Positions 38,797 to 48,658 of a DNA stretch of 64,000 nucleotides are shown here, piece by piece. Each line of letters begins with the position of its first letter. Position 1 is the first letter of the stretch. This stretch comes from Planctomycetota bacterium (lineage in GTDB: Bacteria > Planctomycetota > UBA8108 > SXIK01): the NCBI GenBank assembly GCA_965223265.1, contig OZ244999.1:672001-736000 (forward strand), written 5' to 3'. Under the pieces are notes generated by a model, which made no database searches, was not told the DNA's origin, and saw only the letters and a program-made list of their open reading frames with translations. Made by a program: the position numbers and the translations under genes.

Positions 38797-41337
38797 CTAT
38801 CCCAAAGCGCGTCGCAGTCTACGGCAGCCGCGTTCAACCGCGTCCGCATCCGATTCCGTCGGCTCTTGCTCACCGTAGAACATTCGGTAGAAGACGCGAT
38901 GAACCTGGAGAAAGTCCTTCTCGAGTTCGGGGCGCGACCGGACAACGCGGCGAGCATGCTCGATTGGAGTCTGGTGGGGACGACGATGGCTGCGAGTGAG
39001 TTCGAGGATTCGCTGTAGCTGGTAGTATGCGGTTAGAATCCGTCCGCGCGGATCTGAGGTAAAGATTGGCTCAGCCTCGAGCGTCGTCAAGCCGCCGATG
39101 CGGTCCAGGTCTTCTTCCTCGTCCTCTTCTTCCTCGTCCTCTCCTGGCTTCTTCTTGGGCGGGCGTAGATGGAAGAGTGTCACAAGTCCGATCAGCAGGA
39201 TGGCGAGAACGATCAGCGAGGCGCGGAAGTATGTTCGCAGCGTATCCGGCAATGTGAAGTGCCGCACGCGGCGCAACCGCGGCGACTCCCCCGTCGAGAC
39301 ATAGCTGCTCTCTGAATCGGCTTCACCCCGGTCGCGGTCGAGTATCATCGCGTACGACTCGTCACTCAACTCGGAAGGACGCTCAACCTCAATGACGAAT
39401 GGCTTGAACTCGCTCGCTCGCTGCTCGCCGTCAGGCTCGAGGAACGGGGCTACGTCTGCCGGCTGCCCCTGGTCTTGTTCTTCTCCGGTCGCCGCGAGGC
39501 CGTCAGCGCGTTCGGTCCCAGCGTCGGGTTGGCTCGCCCCGTCCGCAGCGTCTCGACCGCCGGGAGCATCGCCAGCCGCAAGATCCGCTCGCAAATCGGT
39601 AACGCTCGGTTGACCCAGATCGGTGGGGGCGTCGATGGAATCTACCCACGTGGTCGGGTCAACCGGAATCCAACCTCTCTCTGGGTCAGCAACCTCAACC
39701 CAAGCATGGGCGGTTTCGTTGAGTATCAAAAACTGATTCGTTGATTCGTCATGTCGACCGCCGATGAATCCGACCGCGAGTCGCGTTGGGATTTTGACCG
39801 ACCTCAAGAGGAGCGCTGTTGCCGTCGAGAAGTACGTGCAGTTCCCCAGGCGCGTCTCTTCCATGAACCTATAGAGAGCGTTCTCACGGTGTTTCCACTT
39901 GGCTTGGTTCGAATATGCGAAATCGTTCGAGAAGTAGGCGCGAAGTGCCGCGAGGTTTGCCGTTGCTGGCGCGTTGGCATCGAGAACGCGGTCCGCGACG
40001 CCTTGGAGGTCGATGCCCACTTCGGTGACGGACGGGACGGCGAGGTAGCGCGCGTCGATCGATTCAAGATCGCGGCGCGACGCGAGGGACGTCAAGCCGG
40101 CGGGGGCGTGCTCGATGGCGTAAACGGAGCTCGAGCTAAGAGGGGGGACTGGGAATACGTCGCTACCTGGCTGGCTGAGTTCGTACTGACTGATGCCGGC
40201 AGCGTGAATCGATGTTGTGTTATATGGAATAACGAACGACTGAAACACCGGAGTGGTGACGGTGACGTCGAACACGTGATTCTCGGGCGCTTTGTCCTCG
40301 TACCTGTACTCTCCGGACCACTTGTGGATCGTTTTGAGGCCAGGTTCCTCCCACGCTTCGGTCGCCGGGTCATACGTCGAGAACGTGAGGCCCTTCCAGA
40401 GTGTGTCTCGAGGCGGTGGCCACGGCGCCTTTCCGTCCCGTGACCACAAACCCAAAACGACGCCGCGAGTCAGATCGGGTTTCGAGAGATCTTTCAGGTT
40501 CACGCGGTAGGTGAACTCTCTGGCGACCGGGCTATTCGATGATTCATCTCGGCTTTCTTCGTCGAACAACGGTGCTGCTTGGCCGCCTCGACCACTGAAT
40601 GCCGGTCGATTCCGGTGGGGCTCGACCCTCGCGCCGAGACGGCGGTGTAGAGTGTCGCGCGTGCTCGCTTGTCTGGGCACCGTCGGGAATCGGCCGTTTC
40701 CTATGACCAAGGCCACACCGATGAAAACGAATGCCGCACAGCATGCTCCCACGAGTGCGACAACGCGTGTGTTTTGAAGGTTGAACGGCGAGTTCTGGCG
40801 GGCACGAAAGACGTTGTGATACATGTGGCGTATGGACGCCGAGAGAAACAGCGCGAACAAAAACAACGGCACCCAGAGCTGCGAGTGTGGTTGCCCTGCT
40901 TTGATCGCCAACATCATCGAGGCGCAGGTGAAGAGGTCGAAAAGTCGGTAGAAAGGGGGTTTGGAAAGAGCGAAACCACTACCCCATGCGAGAACGAGCA
41001 CAAGGGTTAGCAGTTCGTCGACAGAGCGCTCTGGCTGGAGTGATTGGATGAGATCCCATCCGGTGGCCATGAGGAGTCCGACGAGCGCGATGATGCCGCC
41101 ATACAGACCAACCGACATCAACAGACTGGACGGCTTGCCTAAGTGACAGAGAATCTTGGCTGAGGCACGCGGAAAACAAGACCAGGCAACGAGCAGAAGG
41201 ACCTCGACCGTCGCCGCGCTTGCCTCGAGGGCCGCGGTAGCGAACAGAATGGTCGTGGAGATGACGACGAGGTCCGCAGCGAGAAGTGCTAATTCGGTGC
41301 GCAACTTCGAGACGTATGAATCAACGAAGAGCCTCAT
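38797..41337 (-). CDS. Membrane transglutaminase-like protein (TgpA type, C-terminal DUF4129-like)
   Basis: N-terminal TM helices; triad GNCTYFS, AHAWVE, VDPT; RRPHQTPIEHA; ATGA overlap with the DUF58 gene. Confidence 0.88.
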   Translation of the reverse strand: MRLFVDSYVSKLRTELALLAADLVVISTTILFATAALEASAATVEVLLLVAWSCFPRASAKILCHLGKPSSLLMSVGLYGGIIALVGLLMATGWDLIQSLQPERSVDELLTLVLVLAWGSGFALSKPPFYRLFDLFTCASMMLAIKAGQPHSQLWVPLFLFALFLSASIRHMYHNVFRARQNSPFNLQNTRVVALVGACCAAFVFIGVALVIGNGRFPTVPRQASTRDTLHRRLGARVEPHRNRPAFSGRGGQAAPLFDEESRDESSNSPVAREFTYRVNLKDLSKPDLTRGVVLGLWSRDGKAPWPPPRDTLWKGLTFSTYDPATEAWEEPGLKTIHKWSGEYRYEDKAPENHVFDVTVTTPVFQSFVIPYNTTSIHAAGISQYELSQPGSDVFPVPPLSSSSVYAIEHAPAGLTSLASRRDLESIDARYLAVPSVTEVGIDLQGVADRVLDANAPATANLAALRAYFSNDFAYSNQAKWKHRENALYRFMEETRLGNCTYFSTATALLLRSVKIPTRLAVGFIGGRHDESTNQFLILNETAHAWVEVADPERGWIPVDPTTWVDSIDAPTDLGQPSVTDLRADLAAGDAPGGRDAADGASQPDAGTERADGLAATGEEQDQGQPADVAPFLEPDGEQRASEFKPFVIEVERPSELSDESYAMILDRDRGEADSESSYVSTGESPRLRRVRHFTLPDTLRTYFRASLIVLAILLIGLVTLFHLRPPKKKPGEDEEEEDEEEDLDRIGGLTTLEAEPIFTSDPRGRILTAYYQLQRILELTRSHRRPHQTPIEHARRVVRSRPELEKDFLQVHRVFYRMFYGEQEPTESDADAVERGCRRLRRALG

Positions 41338-42608
41338 GTGGAGGCCCTCACCGGACTGGCGAACACGCTCGGAAGGTGCGCCGCGCAAGGCACCACGTAG
41401 ATGTCGATCCCTTGTGCCCCATGGCGCTGGATAAAGCTGTCGATGTCATCAGCGTCCGGGTCGCGGTCGTAGACGCTGCGAAAACTCGTGTCGTCGAAGA
41501 CCACCAGGATGATACGGACGCCTCGCCTTCCGAGAGCTTGCACCTGCTCGTTGAAACTATCGGAAGAGCGCAGATAAGGACTCACCATAATCACCAGCGT
41601 CGCGCCGGTCGATATCTCGCCTGCCCGTACTTCAAGGAGCGCATCGAGTCGTGTCGAGCCGTCCGGTTTCAAAGGCACGAGTAGGTCAAGCAGACGGTGG
41701 AGTTGAGCACTGCCAGTTCCGATGGGTAGGCTGACGTCGCTCTTACCGTGTGCGAACATACTAACGCGGTGCCCGAGCTCCAGCGCCTTGGCGGCGAGCG
41801 CCGCGGTGATCTTGATCGAATGCTCCATGCTTGAGCCGCGCCCGATGCCAATGAGCGCATACCGGTAGAGATCGACGACAAGGTAAAGGTCGCCGACCGC
41901 ATTGCGAGCGAATTCGCGCACCACGGGATATCCGAGGTGAGCGGTCAGTGGCCAGTGCAGGCGGCGGAACGGGTCGCCTTGGCGATATTCACGGACGCTA
42001 AAAAACTCGTTACTACTGCCGATTTTTGTCTGCGCCACGTAGTCCTCGATGAGTGACAGCACGTGACCTTGTTTGTCATGCACACCGAATAGATCGAAGT
42101 GGGGATACACTTTCAGTTTTTGATCGCCTGAGAGAACCGTCTTGCGTCGTTCGAACCAGCCGAAAGGGTCGGACACGGAAATGACGGCCGGGCCGAGCGC
42201 GTAGTACCCTCGCGGCAACAGGCAGGCGCCTCGATACGTGCGTTCGACCGTCTCGCCGGGTCGTACACGCATGGGGAACACAAGTTCGCGACTCGACCCG
42301 AGCTCGGGAGTGAACGACTCGAGAACGCGCGGCTGAAACACCGGCAGGCGAGATCGGTTTTCGAGCGTTAGTCTCAGCTCGATCGTGTCGCCTTCGAAGG
42401 CGCTGGTTGGGGCGAAGCGTTCGAGTCTCAAACCACTCAGACTCTTTCGGACGGCCCACAGACTAACCAGCGGCACAACAACTATGGCAGCACCGAACGG
42501 GATCATCAGCGGTGAGTCGAAGACCGTGCCGTGGGCGATCGCCAAGATGCCGACGAGAACGAGCGGCAATCCCGACCCGCAGTTATTTCGGAGCTTGCGT
42601 ACCGACAT
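41334..42608 (-). CDS. DUF58 domain-containing protein
   Basis: RGYYALGP..SDPFG, EFFSVREYRQGDPFRRLHWPLTA, VVREF. Confidence 0.9.
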   Translation of the reverse strand: MSVRKLRNNCGSGLPLVLVGILAIAHGTVFDSPLMIPFGAAIVVVPLVSLWAVRKSLSGLRLERFAPTSAFEGDTIELRLTLENRSRLPVFQPRVLESFTPELGSSRELVFPMRVRPGETVERTYRGACLLPRGYYALGPAVISVSDPFGWFERRKTVLSGDQKLKVYPHFDLFGVHDKQGHVLSLIEDYVAQTKIGSSNEFFSVREYRQGDPFRRLHWPLTAHLGYPVVREFARNAVGDLYLVVDLYRYALIGIGRGSSMEHSIKITAALAAKALELGHRVSMFAHGKSDVSLPIGTGSAQLHRLLDLLVPLKPDGSTRLDALLEVRAGEISTGATLVIMVSPYLRSSDSFNEQVQALGRRGVRIILVVFDDTSFRSVYDRDPDADDIDSFIQRHGAQGIDIYVVPCAAHLPSVFASPVRAST

Positions 42609-43545
42609 GAGGCTGCGGCAGGGTGGGGACAGGGATTTCGTTGAGGATGCGTTGAATCACTTGATCTTTCGTCGCGCCTGTGTATTCCACGTGCGAGTCG
42701 AGCAAAACACGATGCGCCAGAACCGGTATGGCGACTCGCTTGACGGAATCGGGCGAGACGAACGGCAAGCCGTGCAGCATGGAGTGCGCTTGTGCCGCTC
42801 GCATCAGTGCCAAGCCGCCACGTGGACTGACGCCTAAGCGGGTCTCCCGCGTTTGCCGAGTGGCGCTGACGAGATCAAGGATGTACTTCTGAACCTCGAG
42901 GCCGACGTGGATGTTTCGGGCCTTTTCTTGCAGTCGCACGACGTCGTTGCCGCGTAGCACCGGCTCGATGGAGTCGATGGGGTGTTCCCGAACCTGCGCT
43001 TTGAGGATTTCGAGCTCGTGTTCCTCGTCGGGATAGCCCAGCGCGATGCGCATAAGGAAGCGATCCAGCTGCGCCTCGGGAAGCGGGTAGGTCCCGTCGA
43101 GCTCTATGGGGTTTTGCGTCGCGATGACGAAGAACGGCTTCGATAGCGATCGCGTCGTCCCGTCGACCGAGACTTGGCGCTCTTCCATGCACTCGAGCAG
43201 GCTTGACTGGGTGCGCGGTGACGTACGATTGATCTCATCGGCGAGGAGGACGTTCGTGAACACGGGACCGGGAAAGAACTCAAACTCCTGCCGACCTGGA
43301 GCGAAGACCGTCACCCCGGTCACGTCCGACGGTAAGAGGTCAGGAGTGAACTGGATCCTTTTGAAGACGACATCGATGGATCGCGCGATGGCGCGGGCTA
43401 GCATCGTTTTGCCAAGCCCTGGAGCATCCTCGATGAGAAGGTGTCCCTCGGCCAGCAGCACCGTTAGAGCCAACTTGATGGCGTCGTCTTTTCCAACAAT
43501 GACGCGGCGAACGTTTTCGAAAAGTGCAGCGAGTTGAGGTTCCAA
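42583..43545 (-). CDS. moxR: MoxR-family AAA+ ATPase
   Basis: HLLIEDAPGLGKT, RIQFTPDLLPSD, LADEINR, ATQNP, PLPEAQLDRF, GVSPRG. Confidence 0.93.
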   Translation of the reverse strand: MEPQLAALFENVRRVIVGKDDAIKLALTVLLAEGHLLIEDAPGLGKTMLARAIARSIDVVFKRIQFTPDLLPSDVTGVTVFAPGRQEFEFFPGPVFTNVLLADEINRTSPRTQSSLLECMEERQVSVDGTTRSLSKPFFVIATQNPIELDGTYPLPEAQLDRFLMRIALGYPDEEHELEILKAQVREHPIDSIEPVLRGNDVVRLQEKARNIHVGLEVQKYILDLVSATRQTRETRLGVSPRGGLALMRAAQAHSMLHGLPFVSPDSVKRVAIPVLAHRVLLDSHVEYTGATKDQVIQRILNEIPVPTLPQPHVGTQAPK

Positions 43546-43790
43546 GTTTGACGACCGTTACGCAGTGCCCAGTGTTTTCGCTCATCCGTCGTACTCCTGC
43601 TCCGAGTCTGACGCGGACCGGTATGCAGGAGTCCGGCCGAGTCAACACGAAGCGACGCGCCTCCCGAACGACTCGATTGGCTGGCCTCTCGATATTCTTC
43701 GAGCTGAGCCGAGATGAGGGTATCGGTTCAACTTCGTTTATAAGGCAGGACGGACGACGAAGCCAGAAGGAGCAGGCGGTCAACGTACCA

Positions 43791-45302
43791 TCAGACGTTG
43801 AATTCGACGCCTTGGGCGAGTGGCAGTTGGTCGCCGTAGTTGATCGTGCAGGTCTGGCGACGCATGTACGTTTTCCAAGCGTCGGAGCCCGCCTCGCGTC
43901 CCCCGCCGGTCTCTTTTTCCCCACCGAACGCCCCGCCGATCTCGGCGCCACTCGTACCGAGGTTGACGTTGGCGATGCCGCAGTCGCTGCCCGCCACGGA
44001 GAGGAATTTCTCTGCCCGCTGTTGGGAGGACGTGAAGATACTTGACGAGAGTCCTTGGCGGACGCCGTTGTGAACCGCGATGGCCTCGTCAAAGTCTTTG
44101 ACGCGCAGCACGTAGAGAATCGGGGCGAACGTCTCTTCTTGAACGATCGGCATGTCGACAGTCGCCCTCACGACGGTCGGCTCGACGTAGTGCCCAGGTC
44201 TATCGAGACGTCGGCCACCGCAGAGGACATCTCCCCCTTGCGTTTGGATCGAGCCAATCGCGGCCTCGAAGGTGGCGACAGCCTCGGCATCGATGAGCGG
44301 ACCGAGAAGTGTCCTCGGATCGAGGGGATCGCCGACCGGAATCGAGCGAAACGCTTCGATGACCCGGCCCTCCATTTCGTCGGCGATGGATTCTTCAACG
44401 ATCAAGCGGCGGGTGGTCGTACATCGCTGGCCGGCGGTGCCCGCGGCACCGAAGGTGACGGCCCTCAGTGCTAGATCGATGTTCGCGTCGGCGAGCACAA
44501 TCGCCGCGTTGTTGCCGCCAAGTTCCAAAAGGGAGCGCGCGAGTCGTTTGGCAACGACCTCACTGACCGCGAATCCCATGCGGCAGCTCCCAGTGGCGCT
44601 GATCAACGGGAAGGTCGGGTCGGCGGCTAAGCGCATGCCGAGTTCCTTGCCGCCCGTGACCAGACTGAAAACGGCGCTCCAGTCGTCTTCGGCGAGCACG
44701 TTGTCGACGATCCGCGTCACAGCGAGCGCACTGAGCGGCGTCTTCTCAGACGGCTTCCAAACCACGGTGTCGCCACAGACCGCTGCGATCATGGCATTCC
44801 ACGCCCACACCGCGACCGGAAAGTTGAACGCGGTGATCACGCCGACGGGGCCGAGAGGATGCCACTGCTCGAACATACGGTGCTGCGGGCGCTCGCTGGG
44901 AAGAGTCGAGCCGCCGAAGGAGCGTGAGAGGCCGACAGCATAGTCGGCGATGTCGATCATCTCTTGCACTTCGCCTTCCGCCTCCGTGAGGATCTTGCCA
45001 CATTCCGCGCTGACGAGGCGCGCCAAACTCTCTTTGTGCTCGCGAAGTGCCGCCGCGATACGCCGCACGTATTCGCCACGCTGAGGGGCGGGAAGAGAAC
45101 GCCAGCGCTTGAAGGTCGACACACTCTGATGCGTTACCTCGCGGTACTCTTCAGCCGTTGTTTGGCGAACATCCCCCAGCTTTTCTTCGTCGCCCGGCGC
45201 GAACGACGAGATCGCGACAGAGGATGGACTCGAGGTCCAGCGTCCGAGAAAAGTTCCTGCGGCAATCGTCTCACGGTCCAGTCCGCACCCGGTGAGATCC
45301 AT
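43791..45302 (-). CDS. Aldehyde dehydrogenase family 7 (aminoadipate-semialdehyde/piperideine-6-carboxylate dehydrogenase type)
   Basis: ITAFNFPVAVWAWN, LELGGNNA, GTAGQRCT, EETFAPIL, GAEIGGAFGGEKETGGGRE; ATG 45302 has a GAGGAG SD. Confidence 0.92.
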   Translation of the reverse strand: MDLTGCGLDRETIAAGTFLGRWTSSPSSVAISSFAPGDEEKLGDVRQTTAEEYREVTHQSVSTFKRWRSLPAPQRGEYVRRIAAALREHKESLARLVSAECGKILTEAEGEVQEMIDIADYAVGLSRSFGGSTLPSERPQHRMFEQWHPLGPVGVITAFNFPVAVWAWNAMIAAVCGDTVVWKPSEKTPLSALAVTRIVDNVLAEDDWSAVFSLVTGGKELGMRLAADPTFPLISATGSCRMGFAVSEVVAKRLARSLLELGGNNAAIVLADANIDLALRAVTFGAAGTAGQRCTTTRRLIVEESIADEMEGRVIEAFRSIPVGDPLDPRTLLGPLIDAEAVATFEAAIGSIQTQGGDVLCGGRRLDRPGHYVEPTVVRATVDMPIVQEETFAPILYVLRVKDFDEAIAVHNGVRQGLSSSIFTSSQQRAEKFLSVAGSDCGIANVNLGTSGAEIGGAFGGEKETGGGREAGSDAWKTYMRRQTCTINYGDQLPLAQGVEFNV

Positions 45303-45475
45303 CGCTTCACTCCTCGGCATGGGGATTTCTGTCAAAAGGCGCCTCGAGTTTAGGTTATGATGGGGCGATTCCCACGACAACTCACAGTGCGAGCTTGCTG
45401 CACCTCGCGCTGTCCGGCGGTGCGCTGACGACCGAAAGGCTTCGTCTTCGGCGTCATGTTTTTTCGGAGGCTTTC

Positions 45476-46009
45476 GTGTTATTAACGAGCCTTTTAATCT
45501 TTTTTGTTTGTGTTTTGCCATTTTTGGAGCTGTTTGCTGTTCTTTATCTCGCGCACAGCCTTCCGATGCCAGTTTTGGCCGCCTGGCTGACGGGGACTGC
45601 GCTGGGCGGGTTCGTACTCCTCGCGGTGTCGATCAGGTCGCGTGAAGGCTTGAAGACAACGCACCTCACGACCCGTGCGGCGAGCTCGACTCTGCCGTTG
45701 ATTACCGACAGCAACGCGAAGATTTTTGCCGGGTTTCTGCTGTTTTTGCCTGGACCCGTGAGCGACGCCATCGCGATCACGTTGCTCGTGCCCTCGACAC
45801 GGGTTGTCGGCGACCAGATTCTTCGCCGGTCGATCCGAAAGATCGTCAGAAGCAAGGGAGAAGAAGAGGCTTACGAAATCGTGTCGACGTCGACAGCGAG
45901 CCGCGATACGGCTCCCCGGCGGATCCCGCGAGGTCGAGGCCGAGCGATCGCGCGCCCAACGCCGGTTCACGACGCGGATTTTGAGGTGGGATCGGATCGA
46001 TCGTCTTAA
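45476..46009 (+). CDS. fxsA: FxsA-family membrane protein
   Basis: LPFLEL, TALGG, AGFLLFLPGPVSDAI motifs; GTG 45476 preceded by GGAGG. Confidence 0.75.
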   Translation: MLLTSLLIFFVCVLPFLELFAVLYLAHSLPMPVLAAWLTGTALGGFVLLAVSIRSREGLKTTHLTTRAASSTLPLITDSNAKIFAGFLLFLPGPVSDAIAITLLVPSTRVVGDQILRRSIRKIVRSKGEEEAYEIVSTSTASRDTAPRRIPRGRGRAIARPTPVHDADFEVGSDRSS

Positions 46010-46215
46010 TCGTTCTGGTATAGAGGCTTACGAATTCCCCTGGGTGGCAAATCAGTCCCCTTGGGCGAAAATTCTATGCTTTTATCTGCGTCTCGGTTAA
46101 TTTGTCAGGATTGGCGCGTTCGACCAAGACCGCGCATCTCCCTGCCCCAGGCGCCCATGATCACGGTGGATGATGTGGATGATGATGGGCGCGTCCACCT
46201 ATCAGTCCCGCTGGC

Positions 46216-48438
46216 GTGTCTATGAAGTCGGTTGTTCCAAAACTGGCCAAGCTCGTACAGGAAGACGACTTGAGTCTTCGTGCGGCCGCGATCAAGGTGA
46301 TCTCGGCGCTTGGGATTTCGTCGCCTGCGATCGTCAAGGCGCTCGGATCGTGCCTCAGCGAGCCGCACGAGGAGCTGCAGCTGGCCGCCCTGCACGGATT
46401 AGCGCGGCTGGGGCCCAATGATTGCATCGGGCAGGTCGTGCCGCTAGTGCTCGTCGGCGGCAAGGTCCGCGAGAAAGCGGTCCAGGTGCTCGAGGGCGCC
46501 GGGCCACGGGCGATTCCGCATCTAACGAAACTGTATGCCGATGCGGATTTTCACGGCCGCCGGGCGACGATCGGTACGCTGGCGCGCATCGGTGGACCGG
46601 TGGCCATCCGCTTCATGCTCAAGATCCTTCCGGACGAGTCGTTCGAACTGCAGAAGTACTTGATCGTCCAGATTTCCGAGTCGATCGACCGCCTGAGCCA
46701 GTCTGGCCAGGCAACGATCTATCCCCTGGTCAGTCGTCTCGCCGGCCGCAACGCGGCCCCTCAGGTGCTGATGGCCGCCGCGATTCTCCTCGGACATTTC
46801 ACCAGCAAGCCGCTGACGGTGCGAGCTCGGCAGACTCTCCGCAGCTTGGCGGCGGAGAAGAATCCAGTCGAGGTGAGGCGCTACGCCATGGTGTCGTTCG
46901 CCCGACTGTCGCAAGGGGTGAAGTTGACGACGCCGGAAATTCAGTTTGTCCGCAAGGCGCTGTGTGACGAGGACTGGTACAACGTCGCCCAGTATGCGCT
47001 GGCGGTGTTTAAGACCCTGCCGATTCCCAAGAAGGACCGGCTGCAGATCATCGATCTTCTCAAGACGACACCACACTTTTCGGTTCACGTTTACGTCTTC
47101 GAACGACTGGAAACGATGAATCGACCGGATGTGGCTTCCGCGATTATCCCCTTCTTGGCTGACGGCCGATTTCGGGTGCGCGAAGCAGCTGAGTCTGCGC
47201 TCAAGAAGATGCCCTCAGCCATGGACAATCTTCTGTCCATGCTGATGGACACCTCTGACTTGGAAGTAACGCAACGCATCAATTCGGTCTTGCGGGATTT
47301 TCCGCCGGAGGTGCAGCGCAAACATCTCGACAAGGCGTGCAAGCGTTTGCTGGCGCTTTATGAAGACAACGATCCCCACTACGAAGCATTCTTGGAATTC
47401 GTTCGAGCCGTCGACTCAGAGCCGCTGCGCAAGATGGTGTACGATCGAGTGGCGACGCTGAAGTCGAGGCGTCGAGGCGATCGTTGGCATCGGATTCTGC
47501 GCAACCTGCAACTCCTTTGGGATCATCACCTGATCGATGCGGAAGGGCGGTACCTGTTGGGGCTCGCCTCTCTCCACGTCAATTCGAAGGAACTGGCGCC
47601 GGCGGCGCGCCGGAACCACCTCGGGCTGAAGGTGCTGCGCGCGCTGATCTACGACGATCCGAATCAGCTGATCCGGCGGCTGCGCGCCGAGAAGGAGTTG
47701 ACCCCCGCAGACTTCTACTTCCTCGGGTTTCACTTCTCGGAGGAAGGTGGGGCCATGAGGCCATTTGGCGTCGCTATGCTGCGGCACGTCACGAAGAAAT
47801 TCCCCAAGAACAAAATCGCTCCGTCGGCGGAACGCAAGTTGGCTCTGCAGGTTGCGCTCATGGAGGAAGAGGAAGCCGAAGCGGCCGAGAGCGCCCGCCG
47901 AGCCGAGGCGCGTGCGGCGCGCCGCGCTGGCGGTGAGCGCAAATCGGAGGCCGGCGCCAAGAAGAAGCCTGCTTCCAGCGGCGATGCGGGGGCGTCAAAG
48001 CGATCCAAAGCGGCTGCGAAGAAGAGGACAGACGCGACGAAGAAATCCTCAGCCAAGAAGAAGGTTGCGGGAACGAAGAAGAAACCCGCGGCGAAGAAAA
48101 GCGCCAAGAAGAAAGCACCCACCAAGAAGAAGACGACCAAGAAGAAGTCCGGAAGCGCTAAGAAGGCCACGAAGAAGAAGGCCACGAAGAAGAAGGCCAC
48201 GAAGAAGAAGGCCACGAAGAAGAAGGCCACGAAGAAGAAGGCCACGAAGAAGAAGGCCCCGACGCGCAAGAAGTCGATCTCCAAGAAGCCGACGAAGAGC
48301 AAGAAGCCTCGATCCGGCGGCAAGACGAAGACGAAGGGCAAGTCCCGCTCGCGCGCGGCGGCTGGGCGCAAGGTCGGCTCGCGGAAAAAGACAGCCGCGA
48401 CAGGCCGCGGCAGCCTGCGGGCGCGGCCCGGGCGCTGA
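46216..48438 (+). CDS. HEAT-repeat protein with Lys/Ala-rich histone H1-like C-terminal tail
   Basis: HEAT units (LRAAAIKVISALG, VREAAESALKKM); last ~165 aa dominated by K/A/T/S/R. Confidence 0.85.
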   Translation: MSMKSVVPKLAKLVQEDDLSLRAAAIKVISALGISSPAIVKALGSCLSEPHEELQLAALHGLARLGPNDCIGQVVPLVLVGGKVREKAVQVLEGAGPRAIPHLTKLYADADFHGRRATIGTLARIGGPVAIRFMLKILPDESFELQKYLIVQISESIDRLSQSGQATIYPLVSRLAGRNAAPQVLMAAAILLGHFTSKPLTVRARQTLRSLAAEKNPVEVRRYAMVSFARLSQGVKLTTPEIQFVRKALCDEDWYNVAQYALAVFKTLPIPKKDRLQIIDLLKTTPHFSVHVYVFERLETMNRPDVASAIIPFLADGRFRVREAAESALKKMPSAMDNLLSMLMDTSDLEVTQRINSVLRDFPPEVQRKHLDKACKRLLALYEDNDPHYEAFLEFVRAVDSEPLRKMVYDRVATLKSRRRGDRWHRILRNLQLLWDHHLIDAEGRYLLGLASLHVNSKELAPAARRNHLGLKVLRALIYDDPNQLIRRLRAEKELTPADFYFLGFHFSEEGGAMRPFGVAMLRHVTKKFPKNKIAPSAERKLALQVALMEEEEAEAAESARRAEARAARRAGGERKSEAGAKKKPASSGDAGASKRSKAAAKKRTDATKKSSAKKKVAGTKKKPAAKKSAKKKAPTKKKTTKKKSGSAKKATKKKATKKKATKKKATKKKATKKKATKKKAPTRKKSISKKPTKSKKPRSGGKTKTKGKSRSRAAAGRKVGSRKKTAATGRGSLRARPGR
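48166..48255 (+). repeat. Six perfect 15-bp tandem repeats (GCCACGAAGAAGAAG; ATKKK x6)
   Basis: Counted directly in the sequence; in frame within the HEAT gene. Confidence 0.95.
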
Positions 48439-48520
48439 TATCGCGGTGACGGGGTGGAGGCGGGGCCCGAGCCTCGACCTGTCCTCATTGGCGAGCTTCA
48501 CTGCGCCGTTTTCTCAACGG

Positions 48521-48556
48521 GAATTGTTTGATTAAGATCAACAATTCTCCTATGGT
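48521..48556 (+). promoter_or_regulatory. FNR/CRP-family box overlapping a candidate sigma70 promoter
   Basis: Perfect TTGAT-TAAG-ATCAA (48528-48541) inside a longer imperfect palindrome; TTGATT-17 bp-TATGGT. Confidence 0.6.
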
Positions 48557-48658
48557 CAAGCCGGTGAGATTGGCCACCCTGCGGCGGCTCCTCGCAGCGC
48601 CTGCGGCCCCGCCAAATGGTCTTCAACGGGCAACTGTTCGAATGAGTGAGGGCTCGCC

